A DNA stretch of 60,000 bases. Origin: Lytechinus pictus (lineage: Eukaryota). Location of the stretch: positions 39,682,001 to 39,742,000 of the forward strand of contig NC_087245.1 of NCBI RefSeq assembly GCF_037042905.1, in the 5' to 3' direction. Position 1 is the first letter of the stretch. Each line of letters begins with the position of its first letter. Shown one piece after another: positions 24,477-38,657 of the stretch. The notes beneath the pieces were generated by a model. It saw only the letters and a program-made list of their open reading frames with translations, made no database searches and was not told the DNA's origin. Both the position numbers and the translations under genes were made by a program.

Positions 24477-25049
24477 TACTGACTGATACATTTTGTACAT
24501 CTTGCGTTTACAAAACAGCCGTGATAGAAAGAACAAAACGTCTTTTGAGCTTGTACCGAAATTATCACTTTTGACCTGCATGCAATTGAGTGTCAAAACT
24601 ACAATGAGCTAAATACCCCAATTCACCCAGATTTCCTTTTTTAAAGGGATTTACCAGCGTTGGCCCCTTCAGACGATAACAAACAAAAATGAACAATATG
24701 TGGCGTGATGTTCTATTTTGAAAAGATTCTGGTTTATATACCTGCTCCTGCAGCACAGAAACAGTGTAATGCTAAACGTTAATCCAAGTTTTTCCCCCAG
24801 TATTTCCCACCTGAGCGGGAAATACCTAAATTTCCCGGGAGATTATCAAACCCTGGTCTAACATTGTCTAAAGAGTTTGTAAGTTGCTCTGTGCGTACAT
24901 CATTTAGGCAATATCATGAGTAATACCGGCCGATTAAGCTATTGCGCGGGAAATTAAAATTCTCACTCGGTCCACGGTGTATGAGCGACGAACTATCTCT
25001 CAAAATAGGCTTAAATAAGCTTAAATGGACTGTTCTCCCATCACGCCCT

Positions 25050-25212
25050 GCGTGGGTGACTCTCTTCATTTCACGGCCTACTCGAAGGACAGAATGTTTT
25101 TCCATGGTAACATTGTCTGATTGTCTCTATCAAACAAGGGAGTGACACGTTAACACACAATGTCGGCTTCAGTCATATACGCTCAGCCTTGGGCGGAGTC
25201 GAACCTACGATA
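25050..25212 (-). mobile_element. Degraded copy of the Deu-domain SINE 5' part
   Basis: Matches 4650-4812 (GTGACTCTC, TTTTCCAT.GTAACAT, AAACAAGGG, ACACACAA, GGCTTCAGTCAT, TCGAACC). Confidence 0.65.
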
Positions 25213-26724
25213 TTTACTTTGGCCTCTGGTGACGTCGGGTTTGAAGCCGCCTCCGACGCCAGCTTTGAAACCGCTTTCAAGCCTGCGAGTTGGGTGGTGA
25301 TGTAGGCCTACACATCCCGCTACACATGAAGCCGGCGTGAAGCCGCCTTCAATCCACATCCAAAAATGGACTCAGTCCGAGCCGGCGTCAGTCCGGCTTT
25401 CAAAAAGGAAGGTGTTGCACATATTCGAGCCGCCTACACCAGCTACAGTCCACTTTTGGCGAGTGTGTCACCACCCTGACAAGGTCCAAGCTCTAATATC
25501 CATAGGGCATTTTCGCAATCGCTACGCAGACGCTTTCTACAACACACCAATTCCTTTCAAAATGCAAGTAAAATCACAATGGAGACCTGAGAGGTTTTTG
25601 TCGAAAGATGGTGGATCGGAAAAGATCGTCCGAAATTTCGGACCGGACGAAAAATTGCAAATATGTCGTTTGTCCAGTTAGAGTCGATATTGCTGTCTTG
25701 ATTCACCGAGCTTCGTCTAGGCTGCAGGCACAGACCCTGATTGAAACTTTGATCAACAAGTGTGTCTCCACGTAAAGACTAGCACATACAAAACTTGCTG
25801 TTTTAATTCAGGGGCCTTCGGTACACAAGGCATGAGTAGGCTGCAATTCAGACCCTTTACTCGAGCGAAGGGTTTGCACAAAAGACTAAGCTTTGTCAGT
25901 GTCTATTTATTCATGGAAGGGCTTTTGACAATATATTCTCTGCGTTATGGAAAACGTCTGAGTAGTGATTGCGAAAATGCCCCACTCATGCTCGCAGAAC
26001 TGTCTGGTGAAACTGAAAAGCACTATAACCAATCTACATAATGAACAAATTGTCAGTGGAATCATCAAAATTTCCCTTATTGTTACCGAAATGACACACA
26101 ATGCCCTATCCCTATTTTCTGCCATTTGCTTGACAAGGACAATTTTTTTTTTCAGCCGCGGCGCGACATTCTTCAAGTAATAAGATAAAATTACGTAACG
26201 AGTTAAGACGCTATCATTTTCCCTGAAATTTTAAGATGATCACGCGAATTATCTGTCTGCAAATAGAGACACACAGTGAGACACAATTGTACATGACAAA
26301 CAACGGATAGCTTAAGATTATCTTAATCTTTTTTCGCTTTTTATTTTGAGATCTCTGTGAGCATGGTAAGGATGGCTTTAAACTGTCTTTTGGGGCGACA
26401 CCGGGGAAATTTAAGGGCAAGAAAGTCGACACAATGAAATTACACCATCCCCAATTAATACCAGGTGTTATATACAGAAACATGACCTAAAACTTTGGGG
26501 GTTTTTTTTTCTTTTATTTTCGCTACTTCAGTAGATAAACAAATGGAATTTAAAAGAATAAACAAAAGTTTTTGTCAATAAAACAAAGATTACATATAAT
26601 ATCAATCGCTTACTCACCGATTTTTTTTTTTGACTGAGACTCATTTTTAAAGGAACTGTCGAAGAAGATGACCAACCATATGTCCCTTACACACTTTCAC
26701 CAGTAACGCGACTAATACAGAACA

Positions 26725-27310
26725 TTCTAACATTAAACGAAAATGAAACCTTTGGAACAAGATAGCTTGTGTGAAAACGGGAAAAATCAAAGAAACGGAT
26801 CAACGAAAGTTTGAGAAAAATTTAATGAATAATAAGAAAGTTATGAGCATTTGAAGTTTAGATCATTATTGTCATGTAGATCCTCCTAGGCAATGTGACA
26901 AAGATGTGGGAAGTCACATGTGAACAACTTTCCTATTGCTTTTGTATATATTTCACTTAAAATGCCTCTTTTATCACATCTATCAGTAGATCATGAATTC
27001 TCTCTATAGGAGGGCTTGTAATAGAGATTTCAAAAGAATATATTTTGGATAAAGAGTTTGTATCACCATAACAAAGAGCAAAAAGAGACATTTTGCGGGT
27101 ATTTCAAAGTCATCGAAGGGAAATTTGTTCACATGGGACATCACGCATATCTGTCACATTGCCAATGGGAGGATCTCCATATCATTAGTGATCGCAATAT
27201 CAAAATGCTCAGAACTTTCTCACTATTTGTCCGATCTACGTCAACCTTTCTTAGATCTGATTCTTGGATTTTTCTCTTTGCACACAAGCCCACTTGTTCC
27301 AATGGTTTCA
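26725..27310. mobile_element. Degraded Kolobok-like MITE
   Basis: Inverted ends CTTTGGAACAAGATAGCTTGTGTGAAA / TTTGCACACAAGCCCACTTGTTCCAATGG and the shared AATAAGAAAGTTATGA motif. Confidence 0.55.
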
Positions 27311-27849
27311 TTCCCCTTTACAGATGGTGTTGACAAACTCTGAGAAGTTGGACAAATTTTGGATCTCATTTTTTTCTTCTTACAGATGCGAAAGCTGATT
27401 AATGAAGTGATCGTTATTCCTCACGTAGAAAATTCAAGCACGAAGCTTCACATTTCCCATAGTCTGGCACAAAAAGCACAATATAATCTACTGGTATTTT
27501 TTTGTGTCAAGAGAAAATGATAATTACAAAATTGATATTTTGAACAAAATCGGATAAGGAATAAGGAAGTCGTGATTGTTTGAAAAAAAGAATGAGATAA
27601 TCAAAAACATATGTAAGTCTCAAATTGACAATCTTGTGCTAATGTGGCACGTGGGAGGGAAACAAAATGGTGTGATTTCATTTTCGCACAAAAACAACAT
27701 GTATTTATGGAAATATATAGTTGTGACGCTATAGAAAATCACTTAGTCGAGCCTATACGAGATCTCCCCAAATCTCGCCTTCGATTATCAATTAGGGCCC
27801 CGGAAGACAAAACTCTGATTGATTTTTAAGTGTCATTGCAAGCAGTGAT

Positions 27850-28012
27850 CTGGGGGGCGTTTCATGAAAGGACTTGTCGGACGTTTTATCCGACAAGTCC
27901 CATTTTATCCGACAGTTACCATAGGAACAGTGCCTCTCAGCCAATCAAAATCATGGAAAGATGTCAGATCTGACAACTTGTCGGATGAAAATATTGCTGA
28001 AACGCTCCCCAG
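27850..28012. mobile_element. Short MITE, Harbinger-like
   Basis: CTGGGGGGCGTTTCA...TGAAACGCTCCCCAG. A related element lies at about 21878-22013. Confidence 0.7.
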
Positions 28013-29449
28013 GATAATCAATCATAATGAACAATTAGTCCAAACATTCCAGAGTGCAATCGCTCATAAGCGAATACACATATTTGTAACGTATTATCCT
28101 TGGTTTATCTCTTCGCGTTTTCGGCGGCACACTGAAATGCATTCTTTAGAATCTGCGAACACTGAATCATTCCTGAATGCGAATGCCAAATGTGACAAAA
28201 GCATTGTTTAAAACCGAATCCCCATGGCGCCACAACACACGGTACGTTCGGACCCACCTTTCACGTAGACCTTAATAATAGTTATGAAATTGTATCATGA
28301 ATAGAAAAGTGTTATACGACGACTAAATATGCATTGTGCATGTTGTGGTTGAAACCCTTGTCGTCGTGAAATAATCAAAGATGCATTGTGGTCAAATTAT
28401 GATATGAGTGATTCGGGGAGTGATTGTATATCTGCACCCGCTCGTATAATTTTAGGGAAATCTAGTCATTTAAAAAAAAAGCAAAAAAAAATCTTTTGTC
28501 ATTGTGTTTGCTATATCTAGAGAGGGAACGGTGAAAGAAGGGCAAACAGCGTTGGTATTATTCACATTGTCAGTTATTGTCTGTATGGCCACTCACGTAT
28601 GCGCCTTTTCTTCTTTGGAGTAAAAGGGACACCTGAAAATTGTTATTCTACTTTACGCTGGGCCTCCGTTTTACGTCCTATCCGGGGATCTGAAGAAAGG
28701 GGGAAAAGTTATAAACAAAAAGAAGAACAGAATAAAAAAGAATGACTGATTCTCAATCTACACCAGAATTGTGATTCTCACTGCACGTCGGGCCTCCATT
28801 TTGCATCCTATCCGGAGGTCTGAAAGGAAAAGGGAGAAAAAAATATAATCATATCTGTAGAATTTTTATATTTGCATTATTTTATAACTATTTTTGGCTT
28901 ACAGATTGTACAGTTTGTTTCTATATTTCAAAGCATCTCGTCGGTCACTCCCCGCTCAGATATAATCCACTATCAAAAGAAAAGTTTTGAATACGAATGT
29001 CACCCTTTTTGTATTCAGATTATATAAGTAAAAACCGTGAAATTATTCTTCTTTATCTTTCATAATAAAATTGTGTTTTATTCAACCAAATAGCATTGCA
29101 ATTCAAATTCAATTTCCACGTTGGTTTCAGACTCAAATGAACATCGCAGTCTTCGCAGAGACCCATATAGAACAAAGTTAACAAGTGCAACAAGACAAAA
29201 GACATATTATATTGTAATGCACTCATACATAACACCCAAACAGGGAGACTATACGTAACTAGGGCCCGATTCATAACAAAATTACAACTACTGTCATGAT
29301 TGTATGTAACTTTGAACTTTGCCATTATTGTACCTGCTATGGCACCAGGTTGCAGTCAGTCGCAATCAGAGATTCAATGGAAGTTAAACAATGGCAAAGG
29401 GGCAATATTTGTAAGTATTTATGAAACGGACCCCTTATTCAATGCAATT

Positions 29450-31245
29450 TATTTGGCAAAATAAAACAATCAAGAAATTACAAAGTAAACAAATACATAT
29501 GAATGAGCCAGGACCTCTGAAAAAGCAACCTGTGCTTATATTTGAGGCCCTAAATGACAATTAAGAAATGCAACAACAACAAAAAATGACATTAAATTAA
29601 CTTTGTTTAAAAACATTAGTATCAGCTAACGGCCTACACACCATACCTATAAAAATTACATACACCCACACACCCACAATCCCACATTGCAACAGAAGAA
29701 TAAGGAAAGTGAGAGAGAAGGAAAATCAGATAAGAGAAGAATAAGAGAATCATAGTGAGAGTGAGAAAAGAAAATGAAATGAAATGAAGAAAGAGGAGAA
29801 AATAAAAAAATGAAAGAGGAGTCTACTCAGCCAAGGATGACAGTTTCCCGAAAATTAATCGTTTCATTAATAGTCTGAGACAAGAGAGTGTTGAACATGA
29901 CTTCAGATTGTTGCTCAGTGAGTTCCATTCATGAACACTTGTGTACCGAATAGAATGAGCTTGCATTGTTAAATGAGTAAAAGGGACACAAAGATTATTT
30001 CGCATACGTGTGTGGTAACTATGGAAGAAACAATTGGTTCTAAATATGTTATTAAATATTTTGGGTAGAATTCCTGTTTTACAAGATCATATATAGGAAT
30101 GATTTTTAGATTAAGAAATAATGGTAGACTGGGACTACGAAAGTCACTCTGTGTTATCAATCTTAGTGCTCATTTTTTGTAAAATATAAAGTTTCTCTAT
30201 ATTAGTCTTGTACGTTTTACCCCATATCTCATTCCAATAATTAAGGTGTGGCAAGATTATGGCATTATAAATGTTAACTAATATTTTGCCGGGTAAACAG
30301 TACCTAAGTTTTGATAAAACACCAATACTTCTTGAAAGCTTAGAACAAATATTAAAAATATGATACTTCCAGTCAAGTGACTCATGTACCAATACACCTA
30401 AAAAACTTAATGATTCATTTCTAGAAATAACATTATTATCAATTTTATTGGCTCGGTATTCAATGGATTTTTTTAACGTTTAGAATGAAAAATAATATAC
30501 TCTGTCTTCTTAAAATTTAAGACAAGTTTGTTACATACAAACCAGCATGTTCAATTCTTCGTTCATTATAGCTGTGAGAGCGAAATATTTTTATGTGAAC
30601 CAAAAACAACAGTATCATCAGCAAAAAGTGAAAATTTCTATAAAAAGAAGATTTCATTATAACATATATTAGAAATAGGAGGGGCCCGAGCATGGAACCT
30701 TGTGGTATACCTCAATTAACATCAAATTTCACAGATTCAACACCATCGACCACAAATTGTTTTCTATTTAATAAGTAACATTCAAACCACTGTACAGATA
30801 AGCCACTGATTCCACATAAACTTCTTTTTTTAAAGAGAATGTGATGATCGATGGTGTCAAATGCCTTCGACAGATCCATAAAAACTCCACGACAAAAGTT
30901 GCCTTTCTCTATTTCATTTAAAATATAATCAGAAAAACATATCACACTTAAAGAAGTGGAATAATTCTTCCAAAGACCGAACTGTTCCTGTATTAAAATG
31001 TCCTTTTTAGTATAAAAAAAAATCAGTTATACTGTTAAACATTATACTCTCAAGTAATTTGGCAAAAATTTGATGGAGTGCAACAGGTCTATAATTTTCA
31101 ATAAAATCTGGATTTTGTTTTTTAAACAATGGCATAACCTTTGTTATTTTTAGTTTTTCAGGCACCGAACCAGTACTCAGGGACAATTTAAAAATATTAC
31201 ATAACGGCAAAGCAATATAATGTATACATTCTTTTATAATTTTTG
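29450..31245 (-). pseudogene. Decayed, 5'-truncated LINE reverse transcriptase
   Basis: Frameshifted fragments ENYRPVAL, GVFMDLSKAFDTIDH, IPQGSMLGP, ADDT, YNAIILPHLNY, WNSLSNNLK are homologous to the 41346-44348 ORF. The 3' UTR extends to about 29450. Confidence 0.9.
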
Positions 31246-31349
31246 GTGATTCCGTTTAAGGCAACCATAGACCCAAGTCTCGAATGCCCGATTCTGAGCC
31301 TGGCGAATTGGATCACATTTCTTTGAATTGCATTGGTTTCAATTCTGTG

Positions 31350-31631
31350 TAATAATAATAATAATAATATAGGATATTTATATTGCGCACATATCCACCT
31401 TGTTAGGTGCTCAAGGCGCTCCTATATTACCCGGCTAAGCTAGGCGTTCATAGCGCACACAGCTTTTTAAGGAATTACTTCCTACCGGTACCCATTTACC
31501 TCACCTGGGTTGAGTGCAGCACACTGTGGATTAGTTTCTTGCTGAAGGAAATTACGCCATGGCTGGGATTCGAACCCACGACCCTCTGGTTCAAAGTCCG
31601 AAGACTAATCCACTGGGCCACAACGCTCCAC
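31350..31631 (-). mobile_element. Full-length tRNA-derived SINE
   Basis: The minus-strand head is GTGGAGCGTTGTGGCCCAGTGG (A box)...GGTTCGAATCCC (B box). The body has CCCAGGTGAGGTAAATGGGTACC and the tail is GCGCAATATAAAT+(ATT)n. Confidence 0.9.
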
Positions 31632-34600
31632 GTTGTGTATGATTTACATAATTCCTGTATTTTACCTTGAAATCCTATGGGTGGTACACAAAGTAAGAAT
31701 GCGATGTTTGACGCAAATGTTGGTATGAACAATATACAAGAGGTTGATGATCCATTTAGCTGTTCGTTTGTTAATAGCGACTTTAAGAACGACTGGTGAA
31801 TCTTTGCGCTTAAGCTTCACGATCGCCAATGAACATTTTGGTGTAAACCATTTACCACAAGAAAGGATCACCAGTCGTTCCTAACTTACGGACAGCTTTA
31901 TGAAACACCCACCGGCTCTCAATGGTAAGAAAAAGAATGTATACCTGTTTAAGTATCATTTTCAAGAAGAGTAAACTAATATAATATCACTTTTAAGTTA
32001 AGACCTGAATAAAAAGGAATCATTTTTTAACAAATCCTTCCACATGTTCCAAGAAAGGTAAACAAAAATTATCTGAACTAAAAGGGCTTTCACAATCGCT
32101 CTTGCCATCGTTTGCGATCATTTGGTCACAATATATGTTGTACACAATCGCAACGGTTGTAAGCAGTCGCACCACCAATTGTGAAACGGGCTTAACTGTC
32201 AGCAGTGTAACACCATATAAACAAACATGAAGACATTATAAATTGCAAAAGTGATTTGTGCCTCAGGTTTCCAGACAACCTCTAAGTCAACTTTGAACAT
32301 GTTGAAAAAGAACAAATGAAATAACGAAATGCCTGATTGATTCGCTAAACTCACAAGATATACCTCGACATTCTTCGTCACGCGTGGGGAAATTTGTCAA
32401 TGGCAGACTTTTATCAGGTGACGAGTCTAACGACCATATTCTATTTCACAATCATTCATGCGACGATAATTCTCTCCCTCATTATGTTCATGTTTATTCA
32501 TTAAGGTCAATTCAATTTACCATTAGCCTGCATGTTCTTGAAAATAAAGTTTTCACCCCCCCCCCCCGAAAATCGTTACCTTCATGTATTGTACTGTGGC
32601 ACACACTTCTTGACACCCGAAAACTTTAAAAAATTAATTTCCCTGATCTCCGGTTTTTTTTTGCAATAGATAATGGGATTAAAGCCAATTAATCTATAGT
32701 TTAAACTGTTGTGACACCCGAGGACAATTTTTTTTCACATCCAAACATTGTGAATCGATCATGTAAGTGCGCCTGGTTCGGTGGAAAATAGCAAATGTTA
32801 AACGTTTGCTTACAACACACTAAGGAAACACAAAGAGTTACCTTGAAATGTCGGCAGGCTGCAGTCGGTAGCCGAAAAATTCGAGGTAATTCTCAAAGTT
32901 AAAAACCGCTATTGTTGAACAAATTCTTTTTTCTACTATTTCAATTAATTAGTTTATAAAATATATTTGTCGTTAAAAATGCCTTGATCAACATGACCGA
33001 AGGAATTGTTTCAGAATCGTACCCCAGACATTCATGTGTCTAGTCTGGCGCCTTTAGATTACTCGACAAGGTACTCACACACACACCCTCGCACCCATAC
33101 ACATACACCCAAACCCGCACCACTTATACGCAAGCAACTACACACACACACCACCACCACATTCTGGCAATCTTGCTTTATGATTGGTTAAAAAGTTGAT
33201 CACGTAATTTCCCCCTCAATCACTGCCTTTGGTAATATTAAGTGAATTTTTTTTTTTTATTTATTCTTTTTGCTGAATTTCTGAAGCACATAAGACTCAC
33301 AAGATGTTCAAAAATGCCCTATAGCTGTAACTTGAAATGAAAGTGCGTTGCCCTTCGATTGTGCTTTTCCTCCTTTTTTTGTTCCATTCTCCCAAATAAA
33401 AAAGAAATGAATAAGTAAATAAATGAATAAAATTACGGATGTCCGTTCCGCTTCGGATGATTGTTTTTTTTCTTCAAATCTTCCTTGATAGTGAGAGACT
33501 TTCTTCTATCATTTTTATCAACGGTGATTATTGGTATCAAAAGTATAAAGTAAAAATTTGTGCGACACCATAATCAACACACCACATTTCCGACCCCCCC
33601 TCCCTTTCTTTCCAAATCTCTTTAATTCATTGTGACAGTCTTGAATCATACTGCCTAGTCCTTATTTGTAACAATGTGGAGATTCATATACTGTTTACCA
33701 TCAATTACGAACACAAGAATGGGTCTTAAAATCATGCAATATAACAGGCTAAATTGTATCATGTGTATAGGGACAAAATACGCAAAACGATATTCATGAC
33801 ATTCATGAGAAGGCTGATGCCTATTTTTCCATGGTTATGGTAGGGGTCAAAGCCGTCTGGTTCCAGACGAGGAGAAATAAAGATAGCACAGGCATGATAC
33901 TACTTATCCAGACCAGTTGACAGCTCATTACCTTGATGATCTTACCACGGACAACCTGGGCCTTCATCTGACCATGCTGACCAACGCCGGTTGCACAATA
34001 GAACCCGTAGAATTTATGGCATATTTGTATTTCTTTAACAATATGCCATAAAATAAATGGATTATAGCTGTGATCATAATAATGATGGACAATTATGTCC
34101 ATAGTAACTTTTTTTCGCCAAGGTTGACATCAATTCTCCGGAGTGAATTTATTTTCCAGAATTCATAACGTCTGCTCTACTTCTGTGGCGTGACGTTTCG
34201 TTGACCTAAATAATAGTGAACCATGACGCGCATCTTAACTCGGGTTGATTTAAACTCTGGTATAAAGTTGTGGTTTAACTATGGACAGCCAATGAAAATA
34301 TTGTGACAGAAATCGACTTATATTATCAGCTCATCTGTCGCTCAAACCATCCATAACTGTCTGAGAATAATAAAGGAATTAGTTTTCATCTTCATTATAG
34401 CATGGTGAAAGAGAAATGTGAACAAAATAAATAGAAAGAACATAATTTTGAGCTTTTTGGCTTTCCATAATTTTAGCAATGAGGAAGTACCATGGCCTAA
34501 CTTAAACCGGTCTTCGGAATACGGGCCATTATCGTTAAGTGTTGCATGTTTGATTGCATGCATTCATAACATTAAAAAAAAGATATATCGTTTAGGTCAA

Positions 34601-34747
34601 TACCGATAGAGGATAAATTTCTGTATTTCTAATGGAAATAAATTCCTTGATTTTCTTGAATCTTGAATTCAACTTTCGTATAGTATACTCTGTCGTTAAA
34701 ACCTATGTATCATCATGGACGTCAAAGCCACAGAACGTTGTCGTTAA

Positions 34748-35343
34748 AGGGGAATCCAACCCAAATAAAAACTTGTTTTTATAAGGAAAAGAAAAATCAG
34801 ACAAGTTGATAGGTGAAAGTTTGATCAATATTGGACAAACAACAAGAAAGTTATGAAATTTTTGAAAGTTGTAAATATTGGTAATCACTATACCCATGGA
34901 GACTTCAAATTGGCCGCATATGGGATGTCATAGTGATGTAAGGCAAGGACAACTGTTCCATGTACTCCAATACATATTTTGGCTAAAATGTCATTTTTCC
35001 CAAAAGTTTTATTTCAAATTATAATTTTCTTTCATGAGGACATAAAGCAATATACTACCTGGGTTATATTTAGATTAATGCCCCAGGGGAATGGGTACTT
35101 AGGAGAAAACCACAAATCCCTGATAATAAAGTACATGGCCTATGGGAAAGTTGTCCTTGCCCCTTGTCATAATTTACTTACCCAGTTGCCAATTTGAAGT
35201 CTACATAGTATTAGTGATTTCAATTTTAAAGCAGCTATAACTTTCTTATTACTGGTCCGATTTCTTTCAAACTTTCACCATTCTGTTTAATTTATTTTTC
35301 TCCTTCCCAACGCAACATTTTATGGCCAAGGCTGGATTCCCCT
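34748..35343. mobile_element. TTAA-specific MITE (Kolobok-like, second family)
   Basis: TTAA|AGGGGAATCCAACC...GGCTGGATTCCCCT|TTAA. Confidence 0.85.
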
Positions 35344-35449
35344 TTAAATATGCCTTTAACAGTGCGAGATCGAGCATCTTGATAAACGCTTAAAAAGTAC
35401 CGCGTGCAAAAGAAAGGACTACCTGATGAAGAATACAAGATGAGAGTGT

Positions 35450-35666
35450 AGCGGGGTGGGGGAGGGGCAGGTAAGGAAAACCTGTCACACGCATGCGCAG
35501 TTGAAGTGAGTGTTCTTCAATTATGTAGTACAGTGATGACCCGATAATAATCAGACGAGATCAATACCCCTACTGGACCGTAACGTGCGGCGCCTTGTAA
35601 GAATTGCAACAACGTAGGTCACATACGCCATATAAAGTTTGGCCGAGATCAACTCTGGTCCATTCG
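35450..35666 (+). promoter_or_regulatory. Pol II core promoter: G-rich box, NRF1-like site, TATA box, Inr
   Basis: GGGGTGGGGGAGGGG at about 35453, CGCATGCGCA at 35490-35499, TATAAAG at 35631, and CCATTC with A at 35662 (31 nt after the TATA). There is no ATG between 35662 and 35893. Confidence 0.65.
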
Positions 35667-35893
35667 TAGCTAGACCAGGCCAAGAGACCCCTGTTTCTTC
35701 CATTTTCTCTTTCTCATCAATCATTCTCTTTGAATCGTGGGAGGGAAGGTATCCAATATCATCCACTCTGAAATCATTCTTCATCTTGCTCCAAGGTTAT
35801 AAACAGCTGTGTAATTCTGTTTTCCGCCACTTTGGAACAAAATTTAAGTTTGGAAACGTTTTCTCCTTGCGCATTGGAAAACAACGTTTGAAG

Positions 35894-35951
35894 ATGAAGT
35901 TTCTTGTGTGCGTTGCCCTGTTGGCTGTGGTGCCTTCCGTTTTTGCGGCAA
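35894..35951 (+). CDS. First coding exon: signal peptide of an unidentified secreted/membrane protein
   Basis: AAG-ATG-A start context. MKFLVCVALLAVVPSVFAA has an n/h/c-region signal-peptide structure with a VFA|A cleavage-like site, followed by a consensus donor A|GTAAGT in phase 1. Confidence 0.8.
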
Positions 35952-38574
35952 GTAAGTACCGAATAATTACAAATATTGTTTCAATAGAGTTTAACAAAAC
36001 TTAATTTGCGAACATTGCATGTATGCTTCCAGTAGACCTAGTTATTTATCCACACGACCCCTGTCCCCTGATTCGAACATCGAGATATCCTTCCAACGAT
36101 CATATTTGGACCCCCCTTCTGCATACAAAACACGGATATGATACCCCCCCCCATCTCTCTCTCTGGATCCCTCTCACTCTCTCTCTCTCTCACACACATA
36201 CACACACACACACACTCTCTCACTTTCCCCTCTCTTTTCTCCCTCTCACTTCAAACGCATACACTCCTCGTATGTCCCCTCTTCACCGGTAGCTAAAGAG
36301 TCGGGGTTTTCTTTCTTCTTTTTCGTCTGCAAGTCATTTGGCCGACTCCATCAGCTCCTCGACCTGATGATAAATTTTGTTTTCCCGCCATTTCCGACGA
36401 TTCGTAAGGTTACTCCTTGGGAGCTTGAAGGTAGCGCTTATGAAATGAACCAATACCTTCATCCGATCCTGTTTTTCAACCCCGTTGTTTATTGTTTTGT
36501 AGTTGATTTCTAAATATTAAATAGGTTTGATCAATGGTTTGACACTCCTTACATTCGATGTCAATTCATTTAAAAGAAAAAAAAATTGTTATTCTGTTAA
36601 TTGAAAATTTTACTCTTATTGTATTTTAGCTCCATTGTTAGCCTTGAAAGACATGTTAATGTTAGCCGGCTCGATGTTTAGATTAATCCAACCAAGAATG
36701 TTTTTTTTGACTAGTTTACCAACGGGGACCAAATTCATTCAAACGGCTGTTCATTCCTAAAGAAGCACAAAAGAAAGTACGTCACTTATGTTGCCTTTTA
36801 TATCCGTCGTTCCGCCACTTTTAGTGGTATTACCGAAAAGTGATTTTTGGAACTAGTCATTTGTATTAATATTTTATCTTTGATATCATCAAATAGACTG
36901 GAATCTCGGCACATTGTAAACATGAATTGCAAAGCCATATTGCGCTAAGAAATGTAGCCATATTGTATTGAATAGACTTTAATTTTTGAAGAAAGTAAGA
37001 ATTTGACCTGTAGAGAAACCAAATTTTGACACTTATCCGATCGCCCCCAACAAATAAAAAATATAAATATGCGGTTGTTTGAATATGTCTAATTAGTGCT
37101 TAATTGCACATACATACACAGTCGAGTAAATCTGAGTCATAATTCACATGACTTTGAAAAGGTAAGAATGTACTGCTCGCGTCTTCAAACCGTGATGCAG
37201 CTAAAAGTTATTATCATCACAAAGGCATATTTCCCAAATGACCTGTTGGTAAGTAGGACCTCGTCATGCAAGGAAGATTTAGAAAAGTACATGCCTGACA
37301 TAGTGTCTGGTGGCGGATTCCAACTTTTTGGACTTGAGGGAATTAGTTTGCTGTTTGCTGTCTCATCGATCAGATTTCAGATCACGGCAACTTCTGGCGG
37401 CCTTAACGGGGGGGGGGGGGCTAATGCTTCCAAAGAAAGGTAAAAGCACTTTTAATGGTTACGTAATGAGCTATGTGCGTTGCAATGATAATGCATATTA
37501 TTTTTGTGAGGTATACTTGAAGCCCCCAGTTAGTAATTACCATGAAACAACATTCGAACCGAATTTGCTTCAAGCAAGATTTTGTCAAATCCATCAAAAT
37601 ATTTTGGCAACTGATGTTTTCTATATATTATTTTTATGTTGATCAGATTTCTTGGCTGATAAGTTGTGCATATCATCGCTTGTTAGTGCATATTTAGATC
37701 AGAATTTTGTGCGGTATACCGTTAGACAATGCTTCAGAGCAATACATATAAATATGTACTGTATTCAACCTTTATTGTAATGAAAAATCAATACGAGACA
37801 CAAAATCACTTAAGCATGCCGACCCCAAGCTGAGGAACGTCTCAACGTGACAAAACATAAAACACGAGATTTTAAAAAGTTGAATTCCCATTTTACCACG
37901 AGTTGTGCTGCATGCTGCTATTATTAGGTGTTTTTTTTTATTATTAGAGGATTGAATGCTGATATTGCTGACTGTATAGCCCTATACCTGTCCAACAATT
38001 TTACATGTGAAAAGGCATAGCCCTTGGGGCGATCAACTTCCATTTATCATGTTTGTGCGCGATATAAAGTAAGGATGGCTCAACGTTTAGTGGCTGGGGC
38101 CGGCGGGGGTACTTATGTACATGTAGATCCAAATACATGCATTTTTTAAATCTATATTTCAGATTTGTGTGATTTCATTGAAGTATACAAATCATGAAAT
38201 GAAATGTGTTCGGAAGAGCGGAAAACATTTGATAATCCCCTTGTGACTAGTGGTATCACTAGCGTATCCAGCATCAGCCATGACAAAGAAATGCATGGGC
38301 CCATGTACAAGCATAGTAGAGTCACTATTGTCCCCAGACAATTGGGCCCATGAAATGCATTGTAAGATCCGATGCTGGATCACCTGGGCGTGAAAGGTGC
38401 GCATGTTTACCCAATGCAGTTGAGTACTTTATAAAAGATACTTGTATGAAATGTGTCAAAATTCAAAATTTGTGAATTCCTTTTTTTTAAATATTCGACG
38501 AAATAACCACGGTGGCAGTATACAGGTATCAAGCAAGTGATGGCAAGTTCTTTGGTCTTACAAAACCAGCAAAT

Positions 38575-38657
38575 TCAAACTTAAGCACAAAGCCCTATTA
38601 TTCGGCCACCTTAAAGTTTAAGGTGGCCGAATAATAGGACTTTGTGCTTAAGTTTGA
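38575..38657. repeat. Near-perfect palindrome, 41-bp arms, 1-nt spacer
   Basis: TCAAACTTAAGCACAAAGCCCTATTATTCGGCCACCTTAAA-G-TTTAAGGTGGCCGAATAATAGGACTTTGTGCTTAAGTTTGA, with one mismatch. Confidence 0.95.

Noticed and set aside
31555..31631. tRNA-like sequence
   Set aside because: It is the head of a SINE: it continues into a SINE body and (ATT)n tail, and no acceptor stem closes.
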